This document shows, one piece after another, positions 8,623 to 18,897 of a stretch of 64,000 bases of DNA (position 1 is the first letter of the stretch; every line of letters begins with the position of its first letter). The stretch lies in contig CAWKFG010000001.1 in assembly GCA_963848965.1 (NCBI GenBank), positions 480,001 to 544,000 of the forward strand, written 5' to 3'. Source of the DNA: an uncultured bacterium. GTDB taxonomy: Bacteria > Babelota > Babeliae > Babelales > Babelaceae. Under the pieces are notes generated by a model. It saw only the letters and a program-made list of their open reading frames with translations, was not told the DNA's origin and searched no databases. The translations under genes and the position numbers were made by a program.

Positions 8623-11124
8623 CTATTGAAGTGCTGGTAAGCCCTGTTGTGCACGTGTAGCATTGATTTGCGATAAGTTTGGTACACTACCCATAGGTGG
8701 AGCTGGTAGTTTTAGGATGAGCCGCATTTGATTAAGAACATCCTGCGATATAGTTGGATATTGCGATACAATCGTGCCAAGAGCAAATAAGTTTACTGGA
8801 GTATACTTTGTTAAGTCCCTAGCTACAGGAACTGCTTCTATATAATAGAGAGCCTGCATTTGAGGATTATTGAAGTCTCGTCCTATAGAAGCTGCAAGGC
8901 TTCTTCTTACTATATCAAGAGCAGCATCAGAAAGTGTTGGATTAGCTGCTTTCATCTGCTTAATTTGAGCTTCTATAGCATTAGGCGTTAATTGTGGCCC
9001 AGCAACGAATTCGTCAATATCATTTGCTTTAGATGGTACTTTACCTTTACAGCGCGCAACTGCAGCGTCAAGTTTGGTTTTAGTAGCATTAAGACCACTA
9101 ATTTGCTGTTGTGCTTTGGTTATATTAGCTTTATTTTCTGTATCGAATGCTGCATCTTTTTTATCAATATCAGCAATCTTTTTATCAAGATCGGCTATTT
9201 GATTATTAAGAGATTCGACTTCCTTTTCACGTTTGTCAATCTCTTTATTGGCATCGATAAGCATCTGTTTTGCAGATTCTGTACAAGCTTTACCCCATTT
9301 CTCTAAAGCTGTTTGGGTTAGTTTTACATAGACACCATAGCTTGTATCTTGAGAAAGGTCTCCAGTAGCAGGTGCTGTTGTACCTGCCTTGAGAGCATCA
9401 GCAGCTGATTTAAGAGAATCTGAGGCTGCTTTTTGTGAAGCAGCTGCGGCTGCGCTAGGAGATACAGCACCGATTGCACTAATTCTTACGGTAGCAGAGA
9501 ACTCTTTAAAGATATCAACAGATACTTGGAAGCTTAACCCTTTTGTAGAAAGGTTAATAGTAGTTCCGGATTTGATACCGTCAAAGATATCGAGTTCTAC
9601 TGTTGCATCAATAAAGAGACTAGCAAGAAGCTTCTTAGGATCTACCTGAATTTGCACAACAGCACCATCATCGGCAGTACCAGCTTTTCTATCTGGGCCA
9701 GCGCCTGTTATAGACAGAGGTCCTATCTTGAATGCTTGGATATAACCAAGAGCGTTGATACCTTCTTCATCTACTCGTACAGCAAGGCCAACATCAGTTT
9801 TAAGAATATCGGCAACAACTTCAACTTCAATACCTTTTTTGTATATTTTATCTCCAAAGAAGGTATCTTTTGGCACAATATACACTTTGAATGTCTTGAA
9901 GCCGATATGAGGAAGATCTTTGGCAATGCCAGAGATATCTTTCTTTGTCACTCGTTTAATAATGTCTGCAGCAAAGGCAACAATATCACTTAAATAGAGA
10001 CCGCCTTCAAGGCTGCTGACAAGCATAAGGTCTGGTGAGGTAGAAAAGTCTATACAGCCAAGAACAGATAATGTTTTTTCACCAAAGCCGATAGCACCCT
10101 GTAAACAGAACCCTGAAAGGGCCAAGAGTCCACCTGATGCAGTAGCAGCAGCAAGGTCCATATCTGCACGAACACCAAATTGGCCAATACGAAGTCCATT
10201 AAGGCCAAAAGCATTTTCATAAAATCCTTGCATCCAGCCGGTAATATAAAGCTTTGGAGGAGCGGTTTTTGCTCGTATTTCACCAAAGAAGAGTAAAGGA
10301 GCAGTTTGAGTAGGAATTTTAATACTTAAGCCAGTTTTAATAGCAATGTCAAGTGTTGGAACACCAGGTGTTGCTTCTGTAATAGCCAACGTAAGAACGA
10401 GTCCTGTAGTTTCTCCTACTTTACCAAGGCTAATTTTACCAGGAAGCGTGATAGACAAGAATGAGCCACTTATTTGTGGATTAATAGTTCCTTGTACGAT
10501 AATTTCTGTCATATCTTTGCCGATGGCACGCAATAGTTTTTCAATTTCACCGCCTACTTTAACTCCAGCAACGAGCGTGAATCCTGGTTTTACTCGAATA
10601 TTCCAATCTGGATCCCAATAACCTTCATTAGAATCGTCTTTTGAGAAGATGAAGGCTGCTTTAGTAAGCTGCAATACATCAAGTGCTTTAAGTTTGCTGT
10701 CGATTTGAGAGAGTTTAAATCCTTGTCCAAGACCGACAATAACACTCAGTTTTTGTCCGCCACCCTGCAGGTTAACGATACGAACTTTTACATCAACAGT
10801 TACAGTTGCAATAGTTGCTTGTCCTGTAATGATAGTACCAAAGTCAGTAGGGCTTGTGGCTGATTCAGGATCTCGTTTAACCGGAACATTTTTTGTAATG
10901 GTAGGTTTAACGATAGATACCTTTTTCAAAAAGTTAGTAACACCACTTGGTAATGGAATCTTTTTAATAAAAGAAAGATCACCAATAACTATAGGCTTAC
11001 CCTGCGATGCAGTAGCAGTAATAGCAGCACCTTCATCAGATTCTGTCGTTTGGCTATAGAGTGGTGCTATAAGGAGGCTGCTTGTAAAAAGAAGGATAAG
11101 AATGAATTTATTTTGTATTTTCAT
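8623..11124 (-). CDS. Large secreted protein: long beta-strand-rich region followed by coiled coil; function unknown
   Basis: Signal peptide; ~500 aa of alternating hydrophobic/polar strands with Gly turns; heptads around 'NKEIDKREKEVESLNNQIADLDKKIAD'. Confidence 0.75.
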   Translation of the reverse strand: MKIQNKFILILLFTSSLLIAPLYSQTTESDEGAAITATASQGKPIVIGDLSFIKKIPLPSGVTNFLKKVSIVKPTITKNVPVKRDPESATSPTDFGTIITGQATIATVTVDVKVRIVNLQGGGQKLSVIVGLGQGFKLSQIDSKLKALDVLQLTKAAFIFSKDDSNEGYWDPDWNIRVKPGFTLVAGVKVGGEIEKLLRAIGKDMTEIIVQGTINPQISGSFLSITLPGKISLGKVGETTGLVLTLAITEATPGVPTLDIAIKTGLSIKIPTQTAPLLFFGEIRAKTAPPKLYITGWMQGFYENAFGLNGLRIGQFGVRADMDLAAATASGGLLALSGFCLQGAIGFGEKTLSVLGCIDFSTSPDLMLVSSLEGGLYLSDIVAFAADIIKRVTKKDISGIAKDLPHIGFKTFKVYIVPKDTFFGDKIYKKGIEVEVVADILKTDVGLAVRVDEEGINALGYIQAFKIGPLSITGAGPDRKAGTADDGAVVQIQVDPKKLLASLFIDATVELDIFDGIKSGTTINLSTKGLSFQVSVDIFKEFSATVRISAIGAVSPSAAAAASQKAASDSLKSAADALKAGTTAPATGDLSQDTSYGVYVKLTQTALEKWGKACTESAKQMLIDANKEIDKREKEVESLNNQIADLDKKIADIDKKDAAFDTENKANITKAQQQISGLNATKTKLDAAVARCKGKVPSKANDIDEFVAGPQLTPNAIEAQIKQMKAANPTLSDAALDIVRRSLAASIGRDFNNPQMQALYYIEAVPVARDLTKYTPVNLFALGTIVSQYPTISQDVLNQMRLILKLPAPPMGSVPNLSQINATRAQQGLPALQ

Positions 11125-11133
11125 GGTAGTCCT

Positions 11134-11796
11134 TTAAAGCTTAATATTTTTAGCAGCTGCTTCGATGATAGACTTGGCACTTCCAGCAATGTCTTTAAAG
11201 TTGATTTGAAGATCAAAATCGATCTTTTTACCTGCTATAATTGCAGTGAGACCAACTTTAGGAAGTTTACCTTTTTTAATATCAGCAAGATTCATATCAA
11301 ATTCCATACGCTGAATATCAAATCCGCCACTAATAGCTTTACCAACTACTTGACCAAGAACGCTGGTAGCAGTAGCCATACCACGAACAGCTTCAAGGCC
11401 AGCTTTACCGGTTTCTCGAGTAGCAACAAGACCTGCACGAGCAGCTACAAGTCCAGCTTTTTCTGTTTGTAGAGCAGTTCTACGAGGATCAAGGCGCTGC
11501 AGCTGCATAGCAGCATCTAGTACACCTTTTGCTACAGCATAGGCCGCTTTTTTTCCGGCCCATTCGGTACCTAATGGTACTACGTCAATGCACTCACCTA
11601 CTTTTTCAAAAGCTTTCTTTAAATCATTTGCTCGATCTTCAAACCAATTGCCAACTGTTTGAAAACCTTCTTTAATACCAGAACCGACTTTTTCAAAGCC
11701 ACTCTTAATATCATCAAAGACATTACTATAGAGCATGTGGTAACTAATACCAGCAGCAATACAGACTCCAAGTGCTATGAGTAGATGTTTTTTCAT
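11134..11796 (-). CDS. Secreted or anchored amphipathic-helix protein, operon partner of the 833-aa gene
   Basis: Signal/TM, repeated GFEKVG/GFQTVG/AFEKVG, Ala-rich helix, beta-rich C-terminus; 9-nt gap with RBS to the next gene. Confidence 0.75.
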   Translation of the reverse strand: MKKHLLIALGVCIAAGISYHMLYSNVFDDIKSGFEKVGSGIKEGFQTVGNWFEDRANDLKKAFEKVGECIDVVPLGTEWAGKKAAYAVAKGVLDAAMQLQRLDPRRTALQTEKAGLVAARAGLVATRETGKAGLEAVRGMATATSVLGQVVGKAISGGFDIQRMEFDMNLADIKKGKLPKVGLTAIIAGKKIDFDLQINFKDIAGSAKSIIEAAAKNIKL

Positions 11797-12039
11797 TTTT
11801 TCTCCTTTTACCTGTGCTATTTTCGGCGCTTTATTTCAGTTTACTTGGTAATATTTTCAATTTGCAATAATTTACAAATAAAGCTTAAATTTTAAGGATA
11901 AAAAATTGATTAAAAAGTAAAAAAACAAGAATAAAGGACCGACTTTCTTTTTTCGTATTAAATTATTGCAATTAGCAATTTAGAATTGGTAGTATAAGAA
12001 TAAGTTTAACTGTAAGATGCTGAACAGGGGGAGTAAGCT

Positions 12040-13128
12040 ATGAAGCGAGTGAGTGGGGTGCTGCTCGCAGTCAGTGCCATGTGGGGAAGTAATTTGGCTG
12101 TTTCAAACAGTATTTTACAGAAGCATCATAAAACATTAAAGTATCTTTTTAATGCACATGAAGAAAAGGTCTCGTTTTATTCACGAGAAAGTGCGTACTC
12201 AGACAAGAAACTTCTTCGTAAAGGTATTCTTTTGCGACGTCCAGGAGCAAAAGCAACTGTTCTTATTTGTCATGGGTTTATGTGTGATAAGTTTGATGTT
12301 AGTTTCTTACATCTTATGTTTAAAGAATATAATAGTATGACATTCGACTTTAGAGGGCATGGAGAGGAGACAGAAGGGCAGTACTGTACGCTTGGCAGAG
12401 ATGAGTCATATGATGTTATAGCTGCGGCAGAGTTTATTAGAAAACACCCAGATTTGAAAGATAAGCCTCTTATTGTGTACGGATTTTCCATGGGTGCAGT
12501 AGCATCTATTCTTGCACAAGCTCAAGAAAGAACATTATTTGATGCTATGATTTTAGATTGTCCGTTTGATTCAACTGATAAACTTTTAGAGCGCGGTCTT
12601 GACCAACTTAAAATTAATCTTTTTGGGTATGAAATGGCATTACCAGGATCATCTCTTTTAAAAAGTTATGCCTATAGTCCTTTTGTACAATCGCTTCTTA
12701 AAGCAATTCTTAAAACATTTACTAAAATGGATTCAACACAGATTACTACCTGTATCTCCCCTGTATATGCAGAAGAGGCAAGTAAATATATCTCTATTCC
12801 GTGCCAAGTAATCGGATGTGCGCAAGATGATAAGGCTCCAGAGGAGGCCGTACTCTCTGTGTATAATGGGCTAACAGGCTTTAAGCGTCTTTGGATTACT
12901 GATGGTAGACGGCACTATGATTCAATTTTTTACCGAATGCATGAATATTTTTATCGCGTAAAACAGTTTATTAAAAAATATCTTGATGGATCTTTAGCAC
13001 GGAGGAAACAACACAAAATTAAAAAAGAGCATATAGCTGCAAAAATTCCACCTGCAGAAGTTACACAAGAAACATTATCTGATGTTGTTGCTGCAGAGTC
13101 TTTACAAAAGCTGCAAAATGCTCTATAG
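12040..13128 (+). CDS. Alpha/beta hydrolase
   Basis: CHG, FDFRGHG, nucleophile elbow GFSMG, late Asp and His. Confidence 0.88.
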   Translation: MKRVSGVLLAVSAMWGSNLAVSNSILQKHHKTLKYLFNAHEEKVSFYSRESAYSDKKLLRKGILLRRPGAKATVLICHGFMCDKFDVSFLHLMFKEYNSMTFDFRGHGEETEGQYCTLGRDESYDVIAAAEFIRKHPDLKDKPLIVYGFSMGAVASILAQAQERTLFDAMILDCPFDSTDKLLERGLDQLKINLFGYEMALPGSSLLKSYAYSPFVQSLLKAILKTFTKMDSTQITTCISPVYAEEASKYISIPCQVIGCAQDDKAPEEAVLSVYNGLTGFKRLWITDGRRHYDSIFYRMHEYFYRVKQFIKKYLDGSLARRKQHKIKKEHIAAKIPPAEVTQETLSDVVAAESLQKLQNAL

Positions 13129-13152
13129 ATTATCGCTTCCACTCCTCATAAG

Positions 13153-13171
13153 GCCTCACCTTGGGTGAGGC
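13153..13171. terminator. Terminator hairpin
   Basis: GCCTCACC-TTG-GGTGAGGC between convergent genes. Confidence 0.65.
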
Positions 13172-13201
13172 TTAAATGTTTTCTATGGTAATGAGAGATG
13201 C

Positions 13202-13864
13202 TTAGTTATGCACCCTAAGGTGGCACAGAGATGCAGGCCAGCGCTTACCACAGAGCTCATTGATCCACTTTTCAGTTCCAGGGTTTCTAAATCCATGCTC
13301 TCTAATTACAATACCAGGATGTATGCCGAAGTAGTTAAAGAGAACTGACATGAGCATACCAATAAATTGAAGATCATTGAAAAAGTGAGCATTGTCTTTT
13401 TGTTGAGTAATCTGATTTAAAGCTTTTACAGCTTTAGTAATGTCTTCAGCTGCATCGAATTCCTTCTTTATTGAAGGACCAATAGCAGGATAGAGAAATT
13501 CAAAGAACTCGTCCTCTTTGTTAATTACATCATATTGTTTGTGTAAAAGTTGTGCGAGATTATCAACAAATTGGCGATTAGAGAAAAATGGAGCATTTTC
13601 TTTTTGCCGTGCTAGCTCTTTTAGAGCGTTCATAGCTTCAGTATATCCTTCCTGGTATGTTGGATGTTGTTCTAGAATATTTTTTATCTGACTCTCAAGT
13701 CTATAAAGCTCTGACCCCGTTATTGTCTTCTCTAATTCCTTAAAAACGTCAGCAGGTAATAAACCTAACAAAGATCCTTCATAAGGACGCTGAGCTTCTG
13801 GTAAGTGTGCTGCAAAGCTTGTTGTTGCCATCGATAGCAAGAGAATTACATATATTTTTAGCAT
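13202..13864 (-). CDS. Secreted hypothetical protein with F-box-like motif and internal duplication
   Basis: Signal peptide; LLGLLPADVFKEL; two copies of A..AL....QK.NA.FF....F. Confidence 0.7.
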   Translation of the reverse strand: MLKIYVILLLSMATTSFAAHLPEAQRPYEGSLLGLLPADVFKELEKTITGSELYRLESQIKNILEQHPTYQEGYTEAMNALKELARQKENAPFFSNRQFVDNLAQLLHKQYDVINKEDEFFEFLYPAIGPSIKKEFDAAEDITKAVKALNQITQQKDNAHFFNDLQFIGMLMSVLFNYFGIHPGIVIREHGFRNPGTEKWINELCGKRWPASLCHLRVHN

Positions 13865-14131
13865 AATTTTCCTTAGTTAATATATTTTATTTCAATTATT
13901 TAATGTAAATAAATCAGACCATAAAAATCAACTTTTTTGTATATTGAAATAATTTATATAAAGAAATTTCTGGAAGGGTGCAACAGAAGGTAAGGGTAGT
14001 ATAAAAGACGAAATAATAGAGAGGAAGTCTCTAAGGTAGGCAGAATAAGGATCTTGGTTTTCTGCAGGTTTTTGTATAGACTAGTTCTTACTTTAAATCT
14101 TTTGCATAAAGCACTTTTTTAAGGAAACACC

Positions 14132-15647
14132 ATGATTACTGTTACGCTTGATACGCAGAAAATGCTTGATGTTCAAGTAGATGCATACGCCTATGTACTT
14201 GAGCATGAGTTTGATTTTGCTTGGCTCTCGGAAGTTTCAAAAAGATTGTATCCTCCGCTTGCAATGGCTGCAAAGCAACGTGGATTTACAGGAGCAGCAG
14301 GAGATTCACTTATTCTTACAGGAGTACGTGATGGCAAGGCTGTGTACATTATTTTGCTAGGTCTTGGAGATGTCTGTGGAGAACAATTAGATGTTGAATC
14401 GTATAGACGAGCTATTGGTAAATTAGTACGTATTGCTGAAACGCATAAACTAAATTCGTTTGGTATTGAACTACCAAACCCTGCACGATTGGGACTTTCT
14501 TATCAAAGACTCGCGCAAGAAACGACTGTTATTTTGCAAAAAGCTTCATACCATTTTGATGAATATATTACCAATCCAGATCGAAAATTTCATTGGGATA
14601 TGACAGCTCGTCTTTTTGTAGGACCTGAATTTCAAGAGGTTGCTCAAAAAGGTATAAATCATGGTCTCTCTATAGCTGATGCGATTAATACTGCTCGTTA
14701 TTGGTGTGATTTACCTCCGTCAAAGCTTACCCCACCAGTTTTTGCACAACAAGCTGAGGAGATAGCTCGTGAATATGGGCTTAAATCAACTGTTTTTGAT
14801 CGTAAGGCAATTGTAGAGATGGGCATGGGCGGTATTGAAGGGGTAGCAAGGGGTTCCATGCATGAGCCGCGCTTGGTTATTTTAGAGTATAAAGCGCCAC
14901 GTGAAGATGCACCAACGATTGCATTGGTTGGTAAAGGAATTACCTTTGATTCTGGTGGATTAAGTTTAAAACCATCAGAGAGTATGTTAACTATGAAAGA
15001 TGATATGGCAGGAGCTGGAGTAGTGCTTGCTACTATGAAAGTGCTTGCTCAGTTAAAGCCTGAGATTAATGTTGTGGCACTTGCTCCCCTTGCTGAAAAT
15101 ATGCCAAGTGGAACTGCTCATAAACCGGGTGATATTATACGATTCTATAATGGAAAGACAGCAGAGGTAAAAGATACTGATGCAGAAGGTCGCCTTATAC
15201 TCGCAGATGCACTTTCGTATGCAGTGAAGAATTATAAACTTGATGCTCTCATAGATGTTGCTACACTCACAGGAGCATGTTTAGTTGCGCTAGGACCATT
15301 CTACGCTGCACTACTTAAGTCAGCATAATAGTCTTGCTGAAAAGGTCTGTATAGCTTCAGAGCACTCTGGTGATAGAGTGTGGCGCTTGCCTATGGATAA
15401 TGACTATAAAGCAGCTATTCGCTCTGACGTTGCTGATATAGCTAATATTGGAAGTCCTGTCTATAAAGCAGGTACTATTACTGCATCATTCTTTTTACAA
15501 AACTTTGTAGATGATGTTCCGTGGGTACATTTAGATGTGGCTGGAACTGCATTTGGTGTTCCTGATATGAGTTACTTACGCCCAGGAGCTACGGGGTTTG
15601 GTATTCGTCTTTTTGTAGATCTTATTATGCATTGGCATAAAGATTAA
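14132..15647 (+). pseudogene. pepA: Leucyl aminopeptidase (M17), split by a +1 frameshift near 15317 (pseudogene or assembly error)
   Basis: VGKGITFDSGG, MKDDM, DTDAEGRL, TLTGAC in ORF 14132-15328; WRLP, WVHLDVAG, GATGFG in the next frame; removing one A at 15317/15318 fuses them. Confidence 0.9.
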
Positions 15648-15658
15648 TAGCCTTTAAT

Positions 15659-15688
15659 ATAAAGGGCGCGAATACTCGCGCCCTTTAT
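15659..15688 (+). terminator. Intrinsic terminator of pepA
   Basis: ATAAAGGGCGCG-AATACT-CGCGCCCTTTAT. Confidence 0.8.
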
Positions 15689-15886
15689 AATGCATTCTTA
15701 GTCTCCTGTAGTCTTTACTCGTTGAGGCTCTAGTAAAAGAATTACTGAGCGGTTCTCAGAGCGAGATTTATGCTGCATTCATTGCGTATATCTTTCTTTT
15801 CTATATGATTATTGACAAGCATATTTTGATAATTTTATAGTGTGAAGGTAGTAATGATGGTACCTTTAACAGGAATGGGGAGAGTT

Positions 15887-16567
15887 ATGAATAAAAAGAG
15901 AACGTCTTTGTTATTCTTATGTGCGCTTTCACTGAGTTATCAGACAAGTACTATAAAAGCGCTTGATACTGACAATAATCAAGAAAAAGAAGCACGAGAA
16001 CAATTAAATGAAGTACGAGAAAGGGTAGATAGGGATGAGAGAAATTCTAAGGCATTTATTACCCTTACGCTTACTATGGGAGCATGTTGGATTTTAAATG
16101 AATTAGGAAGTAATAAGAATGCTATTAAATTTGGTCAAGAAAGTGATGCGAGCGTTACTTATGGAGAGTTAAAGTTTGTGCTTGGTTTTTCAGGGTTGCT
16201 CTGGGCGCTCAGAAATTGGGGTATAGAGTGGGCAGGAGATATAGCTAAAAAGCTTCCTATTGCTGCAGCAAGTCTTAAATTGGTGAACTGGAACGCATTT
16301 CAATCAATTGTGAAAAAGCTTCCGGGTGGTATTGGTAAAGAAATTGGTTGTACTACTGATCAACGGGTATCTTCTGCAGATCCACGAGATATACGAGTAG
16401 ATAGAGAAGATCCGCTTATTGAAGAATCTCAATTTGCTCTCAGACGCGGTTTACAAACAATCTTTATTTATAACTTAGCTGACAGGCTTTTACCACTTGC
16501 GTATAAAAAAGCTTCACAATCAGTTTCAAACTTTTTCAGAAAGAAACAGATAGTCATACAGCCGTAA
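15887..16567 (+). CDS. Hypothetical membrane or secreted protein
   Basis: RBS GGGGAG, signal peptide, two hydrophobic segments; TTGACA..TATAGT at 15812-15841. Confidence 0.7.
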   Translation: MNKKRTSLLFLCALSLSYQTSTIKALDTDNNQEKEAREQLNEVRERVDRDERNSKAFITLTLTMGACWILNELGSNKNAIKFGQESDASVTYGELKFVLGFSGLLWALRNWGIEWAGDIAKKLPIAAASLKLVNWNAFQSIVKKLPGGIGKEIGCTTDQRVSSADPRDIRVDREDPLIEESQFALRRGLQTIFIYNLADRLLPLAYKKASQSVSNFFRKKQIVIQP

Positions 16568-16574
16568 GGTACTG

Positions 16575-16599
16575 AAAGCCGGAGAATACCTCCGGCTTT
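16575..16599. terminator. Bidirectional terminator
   Basis: AAAGCCGGAG-AATAC-CTCCGGCTTT followed by T run. Confidence 0.8.
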
Positions 16600-16601
16600 T
16601 T

Positions 16602-17702
16602 TTATGTTTTTGAACGAGTAAAATTTATAATAATGCCAAGCATACACAGGTTAATAAGAAGAGCGGAGTTACCATAACTTATAAAAGGAAGCCCTAATCC
16701 TTTGGTAGGCATAAGCCCTGTAGCAACAAAAAGATTTACCAGTGCCTGAAGTGTTGTAAGAATAACAAAGCCTGCTGTAGCGTAAAAACAAAAAGGATCT
16801 TTCAAAAATCGTGCAACCTTGAGTCCTGTATAAAGAAAAAGAACGTATAACATAATAAGACAGCTTGATCCTAGAAAGCCGGTCTCTTCTGCAATAATTG
16901 AGAAAATAAAGTCGGTATGTTGCATAGGTAAATAAAAAAATTTTTGCTTTGACTGTGCAATGCCTACTCCTGAGATATCTCCTGAACCAATGGCAATAAG
17001 TGATTGAATGATTTGGAACCCTGCTCCCTGAGGATCATTCCATGGATTTAAGAACGTAAGGACTCTTTGGAGTCGGTAGGGCTTAATGCATATAAGAGCA
17101 ACTGCCACAGGGATCATACTCCCTACCGTAGCAACCAAATGCTTTGTATGGCATTCTGCAAGAAAAAACAACAGAAAAGAGGTTAAAGAAAGAGTAACCG
17201 TTTGGCCAAAATCTGGCTGTTTTAAAAGAACAAGCGCAGTGCAGCCAAGTACACACAGTAAGGGAATATAGCCATGAATAAGAGAGCCAAGTCTATGCTG
17301 CTTTTTTGCAAGTAAATAAGCTATATACATAATGAATGCCATTTTAAGAATCTCACTAGGCTGAAAGCCAAAGCCACCTAGCGATATCCAGCGATTAGAG
17401 CCATGCACTGCAAAGCCAAGGCCAGGAATAAGCGTGAAGGCAGTAAGGAGTAATGAAGCACAAAATACCCACGGAGTACAGCGCTTTATGACGTCAAGTG
17501 AAAGGAAACGAAAGAAAAGGAGTCCTATAAGACCAAGAAAAAGTCCTATAAGTTGCTTTTTTACAAAATAATGAGCAGAGCCAAACTTTTCTAAAGCAAA
17601 GACTGAACTTGATGAATAAATAAAAATAAGACCAAGTATTATAAAGATTCCACTTAATGCTATAAATGAAAAAAGAGCTTTTTGTTTTTGTGTATCTACC
17701 AT
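16602..17702 (-). CDS. ftsW: Cell division SEDS protein FtsW
   Basis: RWI, FQPSEILK, QPDFG, QSLIAIGSG, HTDFIFSIIAEE, PTKGLGLPFISYG. Confidence 0.93.
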   Translation of the reverse strand: MVDTQKQKALFSFIALSGIFIILGLIFIYSSSSVFALEKFGSAHYFVKKQLIGLFLGLIGLLFFRFLSLDVIKRCTPWVFCASLLLTAFTLIPGLGFAVHGSNRWISLGGFGFQPSEILKMAFIMYIAYLLAKKQHRLGSLIHGYIPLLCVLGCTALVLLKQPDFGQTVTLSLTSFLLFFLAECHTKHLVATVGSMIPVAVALICIKPYRLQRVLTFLNPWNDPQGAGFQIIQSLIAIGSGDISGVGIAQSKQKFFYLPMQHTDFIFSIIAEETGFLGSSCLIMLYVLFLYTGLKVARFLKDPFCFYATAGFVILTTLQALVNLFVATGLMPTKGLGLPFISYGNSALLINLCMLGIIINFTRSKT

Positions 17703-17909
17703 AATATTCTCCTTTGCTTTATAGGGTACTATAGTATAACAAGTAAGAGCAATGGTCTTTGTGTACTGGAAAAAATGCGCTTAATGTTTCTAATGCTGCA
17801 AATTTTGCAAAGTTTGTAGCATCCTTGAAGAGCGTAGTAGCTTTAAAGGGCTTTTAAAAGATTTTGCTTTTCTTATTAAAGTAGATTCGATTAAGAAAAA
17901 TTATCTTGT

Positions 17910-17938
17910 TTGACAATTTTAAGGATAAACATTAAGCT
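17910..17938 (+). promoter_or_regulatory. Sigma70-like promoter
   Basis: TTGACA-17 nt-TAAGCT upstream of ATG 18016. Confidence 0.5.
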
Positions 17939-18015
17939 AATTTCAATTGATAAATTATAGTGTGCGTACCGTTTGCGTACGTAAGAGTTCAGTTTCTTGC
18001 TTACTTGAGGTAGAC

Positions 18016-18897
18016 ATGAATAAAAGTATTTTTATGAGACTGTTTTTTGCTGGATTTCTTTCTTTTGCTTGTCTATCGCTTACTGCTATGGAGAGGCGGC
18101 CGGTAGTATATAAATATGATATAGAAGATTTTAAAAATAAATTTAAGCAAGCTTTAGAAAGTAACGACCTTTTAGCAGAAGCTCAACGGCTTATGCTTCT
18201 TTTGCCAATGCTTGAAAACCTTAAGGTATGGCAGGAGCTTACGCCAGCTATACAGGAGTATCCTATAACGTTCGAACTTTTAAAAAGAAAATTATCAAGG
18301 GCGGAGTTAAAAAAGTTACGAGATAATCTTTTGGCTAGCTGCCGTATGGTCTATGAATTGAAAGAGTATCTTCAGCGTTTTGAAGAATATGGCCGTCAGC
18401 ATATTAAAAGTCAACTCTTTCGTCCTTACTACGTTAAGCTTCTAGTTTTCTATGGTTTTTATATCTGTATTCTTTTTGTAATTAGATCTTATCTAGCTCA
18501 ATCACCTGTTGTTGAGTTAGAATGGGATTATAACGCAGGAATACAATCATTAATAGCGTCAGGACGTGCTCAAAAAGAAGATATCCCGTTATTGCAAGAA
18601 AAATATCAACAAGCATATCAACAACTTTTGCAAAGATTGAGTGATGAACAAGGTTCTCGTAATAATGCAGATTCTACTCTAGCCTTTACATCTGCATATA
18701 CGCAATTAGAAATCATAATTTTAGTGGTATTTAATGCGTTTGTGCACAGTGGCTATTTTAATGCTGCGTTTGCACCCCATGAGCAACGTTATAGGCAAAT
18801 TTATGACATTCTTGATACTGCAGTTAAGAAAGTAAAGAGTCTTGCTTATGATATAGAGGTTTATCTTAACATTGAAAGTGAAGATCTATATGAATAG
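18016..18897 (+). CDS. Secreted/membrane hypothetical protein (putative effector)
   Basis: RBS GAGG; signal peptide ending LTA-MER; two hydrophobic segments flanked by helices. Confidence 0.7.
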   Translation: MNKSIFMRLFFAGFLSFACLSLTAMERRPVVYKYDIEDFKNKFKQALESNDLLAEAQRLMLLLPMLENLKVWQELTPAIQEYPITFELLKRKLSRAELKKLRDNLLASCRMVYELKEYLQRFEEYGRQHIKSQLFRPYYVKLLVFYGFYICILFVIRSYLAQSPVVELEWDYNAGIQSLIASGRAQKEDIPLLQEKYQQAYQQLLQRLSDEQGSRNNADSTLAFTSAYTQLEIIILVVFNAFVHSGYFNAAFAPHEQRYRQIYDILDTAVKKVKSLAYDIEVYLNIESEDLYE

